Both the position numbers and the translations under genes were made by a program. A DNA stretch of 64,000 bases from assembly GCA_963779685.1 (NCBI GenBank), contig CAVZZG010000003.1, positions 44,950-108,949 on the forward strand, read 5' to 3'. This DNA is from an uncultured Actinomycetes bacterium (lineage in GTDB: Bacteria > Actinomycetota > Thermoleophilia > Gaiellales > F1-60-MAGs149). Below are positions 19,292 to 29,370 of this stretch, in pieces (position 1 is the first letter of the stretch; every line of letters begins with the position of its first letter). The notes under the pieces are model-generated. The model was not told where the DNA came from and did no database searches. It saw only the letters and a list, made by a program, of their open reading frames with translations.

Positions 19292-19795
19292 ATGGACGTA
19301 CTCGTTCTCATCGACAAGCTCGACGACCTGGTGCACCAGGCGAAGCCGCTACCGCTGACCGATCAGGTTCGCGTCGATCGCGAGGAGATCTGGGAGATCC
19401 TCGATCAGATGCGCGCGACGATCCCCGAGGAGATCAAGCAGGCGCGCTGGATCGTCAAGGAGCGCCAGGAGATGCTCGGCGAGGCCAAGCGGGAGGCCGA
19501 GCGGATCGTCCAGGAGGCGCGTGAGCTTGCCCAGCGAGAGGCATCGCAGCAGGAGATCGTGCGGCTCGCCGAGCGCCAGGCCCAGCAGATCATCGAGGCC
19601 GCGAAGCAGCGCGAGCGCGAGGTCCGACTGGGTGCCGAGGATTACGCCGATCAGATCCTCTCGACCCTCGAGACCAACCTCGGCAAGTTCCTCTCGGCGG
19701 TGCAGCGCGGGCGCGAGCAGCTCGCCCAGGGCCGCAGCGACCTCGGCGGCCCGACGGGCGCCACGCACGGGTTCGACGTCTCCACGCGCGGGTGA
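19292..19795 (+). CDS. Conserved coiled-coil protein of unknown function (ATP synthase b-like / DivIVA-like heptads)
   Basis: 167-aa ORF with a good RBS (GGAGAGGG) and a Glu/Arg/Gln-rich helical core. It lies between coaD and yceD. Confidence 0.6.
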   Translation: MDVLVLIDKLDDLVHQAKPLPLTDQVRVDREEIWEILDQMRATIPEEIKQARWIVKERQEMLGEAKREAERIVQEARELAQREASQQEIVRLAERQAQQIIEAAKQREREVRLGAEDYADQILSTLETNLGKFLSAVQRGREQLAQGRSDLGGPTGATHGFDVSTRG

Positions 19796-20262
19796 GCCTC
19801 GACCTCCGGTCGATCCGGCTCGCCGCGGGCGAGCAGCATCGCGCGGCGGTCGAGGTCGAGATCGCGCCGTTCACGATCGGTGGCGAGCCGTACGCGGCGG
19901 TTCCGCCTGGCCTCCCGGCCGAACTCGTGATCACCCGCCTGGCCAGCGGATGGGTGTTCGACGAGTCGTTCCACGTCGACGTGCACGGCGCCTGCCACCG
20001 TTGCCTCGAGCCCGCGGTCGTGCCGCTGTCGGTGGAGGTCGAGGAGTTCCACGCCTCCCAGCCCGGTCCGGGCGCCGAGGAGGACATGACCTGCGAGTAC
20101 CTCGCCGACCAGGTGCTCGACACCGATCGCATGGCGTCGGACGCCGTCGTGCTGGCGATGCCGCTCGTGGTCCTGTGCCGTTCGGACTGCGCAGGCCTCT
20201 GCCCCAGTTGCGGCGCCGACCTGAACCGGGGTCCGTGCGGCTGCGAGGAGCAGGCCCGGTAG
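19792..20262 (+). CDS. yceD: YceD/DUF177-family protein (large-subunit rRNA accumulation)
   Basis: It has CHRCLEP... and a C-terminal C..CAGLCPSCGADLN cluster. It lies immediately upstream of rpmF, as usual. Confidence 0.85.
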   Translation: MSLDLRSIRLAAGEQHRAAVEVEIAPFTIGGEPYAAVPPGLPAELVITRLASGWVFDESFHVDVHGACHRCLEPAVVPLSVEVEEFHASQPGPGAEEDMTCEYLADQVLDTDRMASDAVVLAMPLVVLCRSDCAGLCPSCGADLNRGPCGCEEQAR

Positions 20263-20319
20263 CGACCGCTCGGCGCGTACCGCGCTGACGTGCGGTCGCT
20301 TTCGCTATTCTCCGACCCG

Positions 20320-20499
20320 ATGGCCGTACCGAAGCGAAAGACGTCGAAGTCTCGGCGGGATCGCCGCCGCGCGCAGCATGGCATCGAGGTCGCGGCCGCC
20401 GCGACCTGCGAGCGCTGCCGGTCGCCGAAGCTCCCGCACCGAGTCTGCCCGACCTGCGGAACGTATCGCGGACGGGCGTACCAGGCCCCGACCGGCTAG
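20320..20499 (+). CDS. rpmF: 50S ribosomal protein L32
   Basis: [20 protein letters not shown]...CPTCG is canonical L32. The internal ATG lies within ORF 20290..20499. Confidence 0.93.
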   Translation: MAVPKRKTSKSRRDRRRAQHGIEVAAAATCERCRSPKLPHRVCPTCGTYRGRAYQAPTG

Positions 20500-20511
20500 C
20501 GGGCCCGCCCG

Positions 20512-21510
20512 ATGTCGGCCGTCACGGTGGCCCTCGACGCGATGGGTGGCGACCGGGCACCCGAAGAGATCGTCGCAGGCGCCGTGGACGCCGTGCGGCC
20601 GGGCGTGCTCGACGTCGTGCTGGTCGGCCGCGAGACGGCGATCCGTTCCGCCCTGGGGGGCGACCCGCCGGCGGGCATCTCCATCCGCCACACCGACGGC
20701 GTGATCGACTTCGAGGAAGAGCCGGCGTCGGCCGTCCGCGGGAAGCCGGACGCGTCGCTGGTGATCACGGCGGCGGGCGTCCGCGACGGCTGGGCCGATG
20801 CGGCGGTCTCGGCAGGGTCGACCGGGGCGATGCTGGCAGCGAGCCTGTTCGCGATGCGGCGGATTCCCGGCGTGGTGCGACCGGGGCTGGCGACGTGCCT
20901 GCCAGGGCGTCGCGGGCCGATCACGCTGATCGACGCTGGCGCCAACGCCGATTGCAAGCCCGAGATGCTGGTGCAGTTCGCCCACATGGGGTCGTGTTTC
21001 GCCGAGGACGTGCTGGGTATACGGGAGCCTCGGGTGGGGCTGCTGACGATCGGCGAGGAGCCCGGCAAGGGCAACGAGCTCGCCCGCGAGGCGCAGGTCC
21101 TGCTGACAGCCGATCCGCACGTGCGGTTCGTCGGCAACGTCGAGGGCCGCGACCTCATCGGCGACCGTGCGGAGGTGATCGTCACCGACGGGTTCACCGG
21201 CAACGTGGCCCTCAAGACCGCCGAGGGCACCGCGAAGGAGATCTTCCAGCTCGTGCGCCGGGCCGCGGACTCGTCGTCGCGGGCGCGGATCGGCGGGTTG
21301 CTGCTGCGTCCGGCGGTGCGCGAGCTACGGGTGCGCATGGACCCCGAGACCTACGGCGGCGGGTTCCTGCTCGGCCTCCAGGGGATCGCCGTGGTCGCAC
21401 ACGGCTCGTCGTCGCGGCGGGCGATCGCGAATGCGCTGCGCATGGCCGCCGAGGGCGTCAGTCACGACGTCTGCGCCCACGTCGCGGCCCGCGTCGGTCG
21501 CACCGCGTAA
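20512..21510 (+). CDS. plsX: Phosphate acyltransferase PlsX
   Basis: Full-length PlsX (AVDAMGGDRAP, GANADCKPE, VTDGFTGNVALKT). The rpmF-plsX synteny is conserved. Confidence 0.95.
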   Translation: MSAVTVALDAMGGDRAPEEIVAGAVDAVRPGVLDVVLVGRETAIRSALGGDPPAGISIRHTDGVIDFEEEPASAVRGKPDASLVITAAGVRDGWADAAVSAGSTGAMLAASLFAMRRIPGVVRPGLATCLPGRRGPITLIDAGANADCKPEMLVQFAHMGSCFAEDVLGIREPRVGLLTIGEEPGKGNELAREAQVLLTADPHVRFVGNVEGRDLIGDRAEVIVTDGFTGNVALKTAEGTAKEIFQLVRRAADSSSRARIGGLLLRPAVRELRVRMDPETYGGGFLLGLQGIAVVAHGSSSRRAIANALRMAAEGVSHDVCAHVAARVGRTA

Positions 21511-21559
21511 CCCGCTCTGCTACATTCGCCGCCGCACGGTTCAACCCACGGAGGGCGCA

Positions 21560-21805
21560 TTGGCAGGCCGCGAAGAGGTCTTCGATCAGATCAAGGAGAT
21601 CCTCGTCGAGCGACTCGACATCGACGAGGGCGACGTTCGACCGGAGGCGTCGCTGCGCGACGACCTCAAGGCCGACTCGCTCGATCTCGTCGAGCTGATC
21701 ATGGACCTCGAGGAGCGTTTCGGGGTCAAGATCTCCGATGAGGAGGCCCAGTCGATCGGCACGGTCGGCGAGGCGGTCGACTTCATCGTCGAGCGCGCTG
21801 ACTGA
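21560..21805 (+). CDS. acpP: Acyl carrier protein
   Basis: The phosphopantetheine attachment motif is LKADSLDLVEL. The TTG start at 21560 is preceded by GGAGGG. 81 aa. Confidence 0.9.
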   Translation: MAGREEVFDQIKEILVERLDIDEGDVRPEASLRDDLKADSLDLVELIMDLEERFGVKISDEEAQSIGTVGEAVDFIVERAD

Positions 21806-22478
21806 CCTCCCGGAACTGGTCGACGCGCTCCCGGCAGAGCTGCGCGGCCGGGTGTTCAGCCACTCGTCGTGGCACGAGGACCGTGGGGCGAGCTACGAGC
21901 GACTCGAGTTCCTCGGTGACGCGATCCTCGGGGCGGTGATCGCCGAGGAGCTGTGCCGGCGCCACCCGGACGTCGACGAGGGCGTGCTCGCCAAGTTCAA
22001 GGCCCAGGTCGTGTCGGCCCAGTCCTGCGCCGAGGTCGCCCGCGGGCTCGGGCTCGGGCAACGGCTCGAGACGCAGGGCCGGTCGCTGGGCCGCGACGAC
22101 GCCTCGGAGCTGGCGGCGAACCCTGGCGTGCTGGCCGCGCTGACCGAGGCCGTCATCGGTGCGATCTTCATCGAGCGCGGCTACGACGTCGTGCGTCCGG
22201 CGGTGGTCGGCGCCTTCGCGGAGCGCATGATCTGGGCCGAGGTGACGCGGGTCGATCACAAGACCGCCCTCCAGGAACACCTGCAACGTCAGGGCCGATC
22301 CGTAGAGTACGTCGTTGTGGACGTCACCGGCCCCCCGCACCGCCGCCAGTTCCTCACCGCCGCGCTCGTCGCCGGCTCCGAGCTCGGCCGCGGGGTCGGC
22401 GCCACCAAGAAGGCCTCCGAGCAGGAGGCCGCGCGCGCCGCGCTGCAGGTGCTCGAGGGCACGACGGGGTCCGCCTGA
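21738..22478 (+). CDS. rnc: Ribonuclease III
   Basis: The RNase III signature is ERLEFLGDAILG, followed by a C-terminal dsRBD (..GPPHRRQF..GATKKASEQEAA). The start is ambiguous: the ATG at 21738 overlaps acpP by 68 nt, and alternatives are a CTG near 21798 or the GTG at 21852. Confidence 0.85.
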   Translation: MRRPSRSARSARRSTSSSSALTDLPELVDALPAELRGRVFSHSSWHEDRGASYERLEFLGDAILGAVIAEELCRRHPDVDEGVLAKFKAQVVSAQSCAEVARGLGLGQRLETQGRSLGRDDASELAANPGVLAALTEAVIGAIFIERGYDVVRPAVVGAFAERMIWAEVTRVDHKTALQEHLQRQGRSVEYVVVDVTGPPHRRQFLTAALVAGSELGRGVGATKKASEQEAARAALQVLEGTTGSA

Positions 22479-25400
22479 TGCATCTGCGATCGATTCGCCT
22501 GCGCGGGTTCAAGAGCTTCGCGGAGCCCGCCGAGCTGCACTTCGAACCGGGTGTCGCCGTGATCGTCGGTCCGAACGGGTCGGGCAAGTCGAACGTGGCG
22601 GAGGCGCTGCAGTGGGCCATGGCGAGTCAGCCGCCCGGGGAGATGCGGGCGCAGGTCGCCGCCGACGTCCTGTTCGACGGTTCGGCCCGGCGCCAGGCCG
22701 CCGTGCTCTGCGAGGTCGAGCTCGTGCTCGACAACGCGTCCGGTCGCTTCGGCACGGGACGTCCGGAGATCTCGGTCATGCGCCGGCTGCGCCGCGACGG
22801 CGAGGCCTCCTACCTGCTGAACCGGGTCGCCGTGCGCCGGCTCGACGTGCAGGAGGCGCTGGCCGATGCCGGCCTCGGCCGCGAGCTGCACGCCATCGTC
22901 AACCAGGGCCGCATCGACGAGATCCTGCTCTCGCGGCCGAGCGATCGGCGCGGGTACATCGAGGAGGCGGCCGGCCTCGGCAAGTACAAGCGCCGCCGTC
23001 ACCGCGCCATGCTCAAGCTGCATCGCACCGACCAGAACCTCATCCGGGCCCGCGACCTCGAGAACGACCTCAAGACGCGCCTGCGACCGCTCGCGCTCCA
23101 GGCCTCGGCCGCCGAGCGCGCGGAGGCGCTGGCCGGCGAGATCGACGCCGCCAGGATCGAGGTGCTGTCGTCGCGCATCGCCTCCGGGCGGCGCGCCCGC
23201 GCACGCATCGCCGCCGAGCTGCAGACCTGCCGCAGCGGCGCGGGTGCCCTCGACGAGGCGATCGCGGCGTCCGACGCCGAGCGCCGGGCCCTGGAGGAGG
23301 AGGTCTCGGGCCTGCTGTCAGCCCAGGAGCAGGCCGCCGGGCGCTTCTACGCGCTGGCGACCGGCCTCGACCGGCTGGTGGCCCGGCGCGAGTCGCTGGC
23401 GGAGCGGCTGGCGACGCTCGCCGACAGCCGCCGGCGATTCCTCGCGCGCGCCGAGCGCCTCGAGGGTGACGCGGCCACGGCGGCCACTGCTGCCACCGAA
23501 GCCGGAGCGGACGTCGAGCGGCTCTCCGGCACACTGGCTGCGATGGGCGATGGGGCCGACGACCCCGAGCTCGAACGGCTCACCGCGGAGGTGGCCTCGG
23601 CCCTGGGCGTGTCCCTGGCCGCACGTCAGGATCTGGCCGAGCTCGACGGCCGCACCGCACGCGCCGAGCGCGACGGGCGGGAGAGCGCCGAACAGGCTGG
23701 CGCCGCAGAACGGCGCGCGGCCGCGGCCGAGGAGGAGGTCGGGCGGCTCACGGCCGAGCGCGACGCCTCCGACGCAGCGGCGGCTGTCGCCGACGGTGCC
23801 GCGTTGCAGGCAGCCGCGGTGCTCGAACGGGCGAGGGCGGCGGCAGGCGCGGCCAGCGCCGACGTCGCGGCGGCGCGGGAAGCGGACGGGGCTGCGCGTG
23901 CCGAGCACGCCGCAGCGCTCGTGGCGGCGAAGGCCGCCGACACGCGGCTGTCGGGCGCGACTCGCGCCGCCGAGCGTGGGGATGGCCTCGCGCCCGCGGT
24001 CCGCAGGCTCCGGGACCGGGGAGTCTCACTCGCCCTCGACCTCGTCGACGCCCCGCCCGAGCTCGAGGTCGCCGTTGCGGCGGCCGTCGCCTGGCGGGCC
24101 GGCGAGGCGGTAGCGACGGACGCCGCGGAGGCCGTTGCCCTGCTCGCGGACGACGAACTCTCCGGCGCAGCCCTGCTCTGCCTCGATCGACTGCCTGCCC
24201 GCACGACGCCCTCGGTCGGCGTCCCGCTCGCCTCGCTGGTGAAGCTCCGCCCGGGCGCGCCGTCCGGCTTGCTCGAAGGCGTCGTGGTGGTCGACGACGC
24301 CGCGCAGCTGCCGACGCTGTCGGCGGGTGTCGCGGTGATGCGCGACGGGCGCGGCTTCGACGGCGACCGCGGGATGGCGTTCCGCGCTGCCAGCGGTGGC
24401 GCGGTCGTTCTCGAGCTCCGTCGCGAGCTGGACGCCGCCCGCGCGGAGGCTGCCGAGGCCGCGGCCGCGCTGGCGACCACGGGGCGCGCTGCCGGCGAGG
24501 CGGCGGCGGCGTTCGCGGCCGCGGAGCGCGCCGATGCGGTGGGCCGCGAGACCGTCGTCGAGGCCGCGCGCGCGTTCGAGGAGGCATCGCGCCTCGGCCG
24601 GGAGGCGGCTCGAGCCGCCGAGAGTGCCGCCCTGCGCGTGGAGCGCGCGGGGGAGCGCCTGGCCGTGGCGCGGGAGGAGCAGGGCCGGCTTCGAGAACGG
24701 TCGGCCGCAGCCGTCGCCGAGGCCGTCGAGCTGGGCGTGCGGAGAGCCGAGCTGGTGGAGCGCGCCGCGGTGCTCGAGCGGGAGCATGGCGAGCTCGATC
24801 GCCGGCGTCGCGACGTTGCGGAGCGGGTCGCGCGGGAGCGCGCCGAGCGGGCGGCGGGGCTGGAGCGGGTCGAACGGCGCAGGGCCGATCGCGCACGGCA
24901 CGCCGAGGCGGCCGATACGGCGGCGCGGCGGGCCGAGGCGAACCGGTCGCGGGTGGTCACGCTGGACGGCCTGATGGCAATGGTGCCGGCCGTGGTCGAG
25001 CTGCTCGGAGCCGCTGCGCGGTGCGTGGAGGCCATCCGTGGTCCGGAGCAGGAACGCCTGAGGGAGCTCGAGGCCCGTGCCGGCGAGCTGTCGCAGCGCA
25101 TGACGGACGTCTCGGGGCGGGCGCACGAGCTGCAGCGGCAGGCGCGCGAGGCCGCCGCCGCGACCACGACCCTCGAGGTCGAGGCCGCGCACGCCGAGGA
25201 GCAGCTCGGCGATCTCGTCCGGCGGCGGGCGGAGGTGCTCGCCCGGCGATCGGTGGAGGCAGTCGAGCGGATCGAGCCTCTCCCGACCGAGGACGAGGTG
25301 GCGCTCGATGCCCGCATCGAGCGTCTGGAGCGTCGCCTGGAGCAGCTCGGCGCGGTCAACCCGCTCGCCCGCCAGGAGTACGAGGAGGCCCGCCAGCGCC

Positions 25401-26026
25401 ACGAGGAGACGGCCGAGCAGATCGCCGACCTGGAGGCCTCGATCCGGGAGCTGCGCCGGCTGGTGCGCGATCTCACGGCGACCATCACCGAGCGCTTCGA
25501 CGCGACGTTTCACGAGGTCGAGCGGCACTTCACCGACACGATCACGACACTCTTCCCGGGCGGGCGGGGGAGACTCAGGCTGGTCGATGCTGACGTCCCC
25601 GACGCAGACGCCGCCGATGTCGACGCCGCTGCCGACGCACCACCGGAGCCCGCCGAACCCGGCGTGGAGCTCGAGATCTCGCCGGCCGGCAAGCAGATCT
25701 CACGCCTGCAGATGCTCTCCGGCGGCGAGAAGGCGCTCGGTGCGATCGCGTTCCTGTTCGCGATCATGCTCGCGCGGCCCTGCCCGTTCTACGTCCTCGA
25801 CGAGGTCGACGCGGCCCTCGACGACATCAATGTCGACCGGTTCCTGCAGCTCGTCGACCGCTATCGCGGCCACGCGCAGTTCATCGTCATCACCCACCAG
25901 AAGCGCACCATGGAGGCGGCGGACGTCCTCTACGGCGTGACCATGGCCGGCGACGGCATCTCGAAGGTCGTCTCGCGCCGGCTACCGGCGGCGCACCGTG
26001 AGCCGGCCGACCTGGTCGCCACGTAG
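22478..26026 (+). CDS. smc: Chromosome partition protein Smc
   Basis: Walker A GPNGSGKSN, long Ala/Glu/Arg coiled coils, a hinge, the signature motif LSGGEKAL and Walker B FYVLDEVDAALD. The ATG overlaps the rnc stop by 1 nt. 1182 aa. Confidence 0.95.
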   Translation: MHLRSIRLRGFKSFAEPAELHFEPGVAVIVGPNGSGKSNVAEALQWAMASQPPGEMRAQVAADVLFDGSARRQAAVLCEVELVLDNASGRFGTGRPEISVMRRLRRDGEASYLLNRVAVRRLDVQEALADAGLGRELHAIVNQGRIDEILLSRPSDRRGYIEEAAGLGKYKRRRHRAMLKLHRTDQNLIRARDLENDLKTRLRPLALQASAAERAEALAGEIDAARIEVLSSRIASGRRARARIAAELQTCRSGAGALDEAIAASDAERRALEEEVSGLLSAQEQAAGRFYALATGLDRLVARRESLAERLATLADSRRRFLARAERLEGDAATAATAATEAGADVERLSGTLAAMGDGADDPELERLTAEVASALGVSLAARQDLAELDGRTARAERDGRESAEQAGAAERRAAAAEEEVGRLTAERDASDAAAAVADGAALQAAAVLERARAAAGAASADVAAAREADGAARAEHAAALVAAKAADTRLSGATRAAERGDGLAPAVRRLRDRGVSLALDLVDAPPELEVAVAAAVAWRAGEAVATDAAEAVALLADDELSGAALLCLDRLPARTTPSVGVPLASLVKLRPGAPSGLLEGVVVVDDAAQLPTLSAGVAVMRDGRGFDGDRGMAFRAASGGAVVLELRRELDAARAEAAEAAAALATTGRAAGEAAAAFAAAERADAVGRETVVEAARAFEEASRLGREAARAAESAALRVERAGERLAVAREEQGRLRERSAAAVAEAVELGVRRAELVERAAVLEREHGELDRRRRDVAERVARERAERAAGLERVERRRADRARHAEAADTAARRAEANRSRVVTLDGLMAMVPAVVELLGAAARCVEAIRGPEQERLRELEARAGELSQRMTDVSGRAHELQRQAREAAAATTTLEVEAAHAEEQLGDLVRRRAEVLARRSVEAVERIEPLPTEDEVALDARIERLERRLEQLGAVNPLARQEYEEARQRHEETAEQIADLEASIRELRRLVRDLTATITERFDATFHEVERHFTDTITTLFPGGRGRLRLVDADVPDADAADVDAAADAPPEPAEPGVELEISPAGKQISRLQMLSGGEKALGAIAFLFAIMLARPCPFYVLDEVDAALDDINVDRFLQLVDRYRGHAQFIVITHQKRTMEAADVLYGVTMAGDGISKVVSRRLPAAHREPADLVAT

Positions 26027-26046
26027 GACCTCTGGCGCCGGCCGCC

Positions 26047-27033
26047 GTGACGATCGACTACTCGCAGATGTTCGTCGGGCTCGAGGGCGCCGCACGGGCC
26101 GAGAGCTCGCCGGCCGGTGAAGAACGGCGCCGCGGGCTCTTCCGCCGGCTCGCGGACAATCTCTCGAAGAGTCGCCGGGCGCTCACTGCACAGCTGGCGA
26201 CGATCGCCTTCGACCCGGCCGACGATTCGGTCTGGGAGCAGATCGAGGAGGCGCTGCTGCTGGCCGATTGCGGCGTCCCGGCGACGGTCGAGATCGTGCG
26301 CCGGCTCGAGGAGCGCAGCGCAACGGGCGGGCTCCGTACCCAGGACGACCTGCTTCGCGCTCTCCGCGAGGTCATCGCCGACATGCTGTCGGGCGCGGAG
26401 TCGCGCATCGACGTGTCGCATCGCCCGACGGTCGTCCTCGTCGTCGGTGTCAACGGCACCGGCAAGACGACGACGGTCGGCAAGCTCGCCGAGCACCTCC
26501 GCCGGGCCGGCGCATCCGTCGTCGTCGGCGCCGCCGACACGTTCCGCGCGGCCGCCGGCGAACAGCTCGAGACGTGGGCCGAGCGCGCGGGCGCCGACTT
26601 CGTCGGCTCGGTGCACGGCCAGGACCCGGCCGCAGTGGCGTTCGACGCCGTCAGCGCCGGCCTCGCCCGCGGCCGCGACGTCGTCCTCATCGACACCGCC
26701 GGCCGCCTCCACACCCAGTCCAACCTCATGGAGGAGCTCGCCAAGGTCCGCCGCGTCGTCACCCAGCGCCTCGCCGACGCGCCGCACGAGACCCTGCTGG
26801 TGGTCGACGCGACGACGGGCCAGAACGGCCTCCAGCAGGCCCGGCTGTTCGGCGCCGCCGTACCCCTCTCCGGCGTCGCCCTCACCAAGCTCGACGGCAC
26901 CGCCAAGGGCGGCATCGCCCTCGCCATCGCCCACGAGCTCGGCCTCCCGATCAAGCTCATCGGCGTCGGCGAGACGCTCGACGACCTGCGCCCCTTCAGC
27001 GCCGCCGACTTCGCAGCCGCTCTCGTCGGGTAG
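26047..27033 (+). CDS. ftsY: Signal recognition particle receptor FtsY
   Basis: NG-domain motifs GVNGTGKTTT, DTAGRL and TKLDGTAKGG. Confidence 0.95.
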   Translation: MTIDYSQMFVGLEGAARAESSPAGEERRRGLFRRLADNLSKSRRALTAQLATIAFDPADDSVWEQIEEALLLADCGVPATVEIVRRLEERSATGGLRTQDDLLRALREVIADMLSGAESRIDVSHRPTVVLVVGVNGTGKTTTVGKLAEHLRRAGASVVVGAADTFRAAAGEQLETWAERAGADFVGSVHGQDPAAVAFDAVSAGLARGRDVVLIDTAGRLHTQSNLMEELAKVRRVVTQRLADAPHETLLVVDATTGQNGLQQARLFGAAVPLSGVALTKLDGTAKGGIALAIAHELGLPIKLIGVGETLDDLRPFSAADFAAALVG

Positions 27034-27068
27034 CCGGAACCGGGGCGCGGTCTCCGCGGCCGGGTGGG

Positions 27069-27716
27069 TCAGGCTGCGGCGAAGGCTTCCGGGTAGAGGC
27101 GGATGACGAGCTCCTTGGCCTTGCCGTGGCGGGCGGGCTCGAGCTTGCGGCCGTAGAGCTGGCGGAGCTCGGCGTCGATGTCGCCCATGAAGCGGGCGGC
27201 GCGCTGACGCTTGGCCTCGACCTCGAGGCGGGCCTCGGGGTCGCCGGCGGGGTAGGTGACGCGGTCCCAGGTCAGCTCGAGGCGGTGGAGCCCGTTGACG
27301 TAGAGGTGCGAGCTGCGGCGGTTCTTGAGCTCGCCGATGTTCTCGAGCTCGACGTCGTCCGGCAGGTCGGCGGGCTCGGCGATCAGCTCCCACAGCTTGT
27401 AGCGATGGATGAGGGAGATGAACTCGGCCGAGTCGACCGGCACGTGGTCGATGGGCACCTCGACCTCCTCGCGCTGGCGGGCGCCGTCCTCGCGCCGCTC
27501 GGTCGGCCCCTTCCAGGTCAGGAGCGGGTGGGGCAGGTTCGACTGGCGCCGGATCCGCAGCGAGCAGCCAGAGCGCCGGACCCGGAACTCGGGGGTGTCC
27601 CAGAACGAGTCGACGATCTCGAACGTCAGCGACTCCGCGAGGGCGAAACCGGCGAGCTCCGCGGGAACCATCATCGCGTCGGTCGACCTGTACAGGTACT
27701 GGAGCTCGATCTCCAC
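27069..27716 (-). CDS. CYTH-domain protein (class IV adenylate cyclase / triphosphate tunnel metalloenzyme family)
   Basis: The GTG at 27716 gives VEIELQYL.., the ExExK-type CYTH start, followed by alternating charged beta strands (..LRIRRQ.., ..EVEVPI.., ..LEVEAK..). The longer ORF extending to 28136 is antisense to ffh. Confidence 0.78.
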   Translation of the reverse strand: MEIELQYLYRSTDAMMVPAELAGFALAESLTFEIVDSFWDTPEFRVRRSGCSLRIRRQSNLPHPLLTWKGPTERREDGARQREEVEVPIDHVPVDSAEFISLIHRYKLWELIAEPADLPDDVELENIGELKNRRSSHLYVNGLHRLELTWDRVTYPAGDPEARLEVEAKRQRAARFMGDIDAELRQLYGRKLEPARHGKAKELVIRLYPEAFAAA

Positions 27717-27750
27717 CGACCGGTATTGGAGCACAGTAGGCTTCGGCCAC

Positions 27751-29118
27751 GTGTTCGACTCCCTCTCCGACCGGCTGACCTCGGCACTCGGCGACCTTCG
27801 CAGCCGGGGCAAGCTGACCGAGGAGGACGTCCAGCGAGCCATGCGCGAGATCCGTCTCGCCCTGCTCGAGGCCGACGTCAACTTCCGGGTCGTCCGCGAC
27901 TTCGTCGCGAAGGTGCGCGAGCGCGCCGTCGGCGAAGGGGTGCTGACGGGGCTCAACCCGGGCCAGCAGGTCGTCAAGATCGTCAACGAGGAACTGACCG
28001 CGCTGATGGGGACGGGCTCCGCGAAGCTCTCGTTCGCCAGCCACGGCGCGACGGTGATCCTGATGGCGGGTCTGCAGGGGTCGGGCAAGACCACCGCCTC
28101 CGGCAAGCTCGCGATGCTGCTCGCCAAGCAGGGCAAGAAGCCGGCGCTGGTCGCCTGCGACGTCTACCGGCCCGCCGCTGTCGACCAGCTGAAGACCCTC
28201 GGCGCGCAGGTCGGCGTGCCGGTCTTCGATCGCGGCACCGACACCGACCCGGTGGAGATCGCGAAGTGGGGGGTCGAGGCCGCTCGCCAGCAGGGTCGCG
28301 ACGTCGTCATCGTCGACACCGCCGGGCGGCTGCACGTCGATGACGACCTGATGGCCGAACTGGTGCGCATCCGGGATGCCGTGAAGCCCCACGACGTGCT
28401 CCTCGTGCTCGATGCCATGACCGGTCAGGACGCCGTCAACGTGGCGGAGACGTTCCGCGAGCGGGTCGCCTTCGACGGCATCGTGCTGACGAAGCTCGAC
28501 GGCGATGCCCGGGGCGGCGCGGCGCTGTCGGTGCGGGCCGTCACGGGCGTCCCCGTCAAGTTCGCGTCCGTCGGCGAGAAGCTCGACCAGCTGGAGGAGT
28601 TCCACCCCGACCGCATGGCATCGCGGATCCTGGGGATGGGCGACGTCCTGACGCTGATCGAGCGGATCGAGGAGAACGTCGACCACCAGAAGCAGGCCGA
28701 GCTCGAGGCCAAGATCCGCAAGGCCGAGTTCAGTCTCGACGACCTGCTCGACCAGCTGAAGACGATCCGCCGCATGGGTTCCCTCGGCGGTCTCATGAAG
28801 ATGATCCCCGGCATCGGCAAGCAGCTGCAGGGCGTCGACATCGACGACCGGCAGCTCGACAAGGTCGAGGCGATTATCCTTTCCATGACGCCGGAGGAGC
28901 GGCTGAGACCGGATATCGTGAGCGGGTCACGGCGCACGCGCATCGCGCGGGGCTCCGGGACCTCGGTGCAGCAGGTCAACGCACTCCTCCAGCAGCACAA
29001 GCAGATGAAGAAGATGATGCGCACGATCGCCGGTGGCGGTGCGCCGCGGATCCCGGGGATGCCCGGCCTGCCGGGCCAGTCCACGGGAGCGTCCAAGAAG
29101 CGCAAGAAGAAGAGGTGA
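27751..29118 (+). CDS. ffh: Signal recognition particle protein Ffh
   Basis: VFDSLSDRL.. at the N-terminus, G-domain motifs GLQGSGKTT, DTAGRL and TKLDGDARGG, and a Met-rich M domain with a Lys-rich tail. Confidence 0.95.
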   Translation: MFDSLSDRLTSALGDLRSRGKLTEEDVQRAMREIRLALLEADVNFRVVRDFVAKVRERAVGEGVLTGLNPGQQVVKIVNEELTALMGTGSAKLSFASHGATVILMAGLQGSGKTTASGKLAMLLAKQGKKPALVACDVYRPAAVDQLKTLGAQVGVPVFDRGTDTDPVEIAKWGVEAARQQGRDVVIVDTAGRLHVDDDLMAELVRIRDAVKPHDVLLVLDAMTGQDAVNVAETFRERVAFDGIVLTKLDGDARGGAALSVRAVTGVPVKFASVGEKLDQLEEFHPDRMASRILGMGDVLTLIERIEENVDHQKQAELEAKIRKAEFSLDDLLDQLKTIRRMGSLGGLMKMIPGIGKQLQGVDIDDRQLDKVEAIILSMTPEERLRPDIVSGSRRTRIARGSGTSVQQVNALLQQHKQMKKMMRTIAGGGAPRIPGMPGLPGQSTGASKKRKKKR

Positions 29119-29128
29119 CCGCAAGGTG

Positions 29129-29365
29129 ATGAAGATGCGCCTGACCCGTCTCGGGTCGAAGAAGAACCCGATCTACCGGATCGTCGTGGCCGACTCGGCG
29201 TCGCCGCGCGACGGTCGCGCGATCGAGTACATCGGCCGCTACAACCCGCAGCTCGAGCCGTCGCTGATCGAGATCGACGCCGAGCGCGCCCGCCACTGGC
29301 TCGCCCGTGGCGCGCAGCCGTCCCAGCCCGTCCGCCGCCTGCTGTCCAAGGCCGGCGTCGTCTGA
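29129..29365 (+). CDS. rpsP: 30S ribosomal protein S16
   Basis: MKMRLTRLGSKKNPIYRIVVADSASPRDGR.. is canonical S16. Confidence 0.93.
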   Translation: MKMRLTRLGSKKNPIYRIVVADSASPRDGRAIEYIGRYNPQLEPSLIEIDAERARHWLARGAQPSQPVRRLLSKAGVV

Positions 29366-29370
29366 CGCCG

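Noticed and set aside
21510-21560. The absence of fabD/fabG/fabH between plsX and acpP as a deletion.
   Set aside because: Gene order in this cluster varies between lineages. The spacer is short and clean, with a good RBS for acpP, and there is no remnant sequence.
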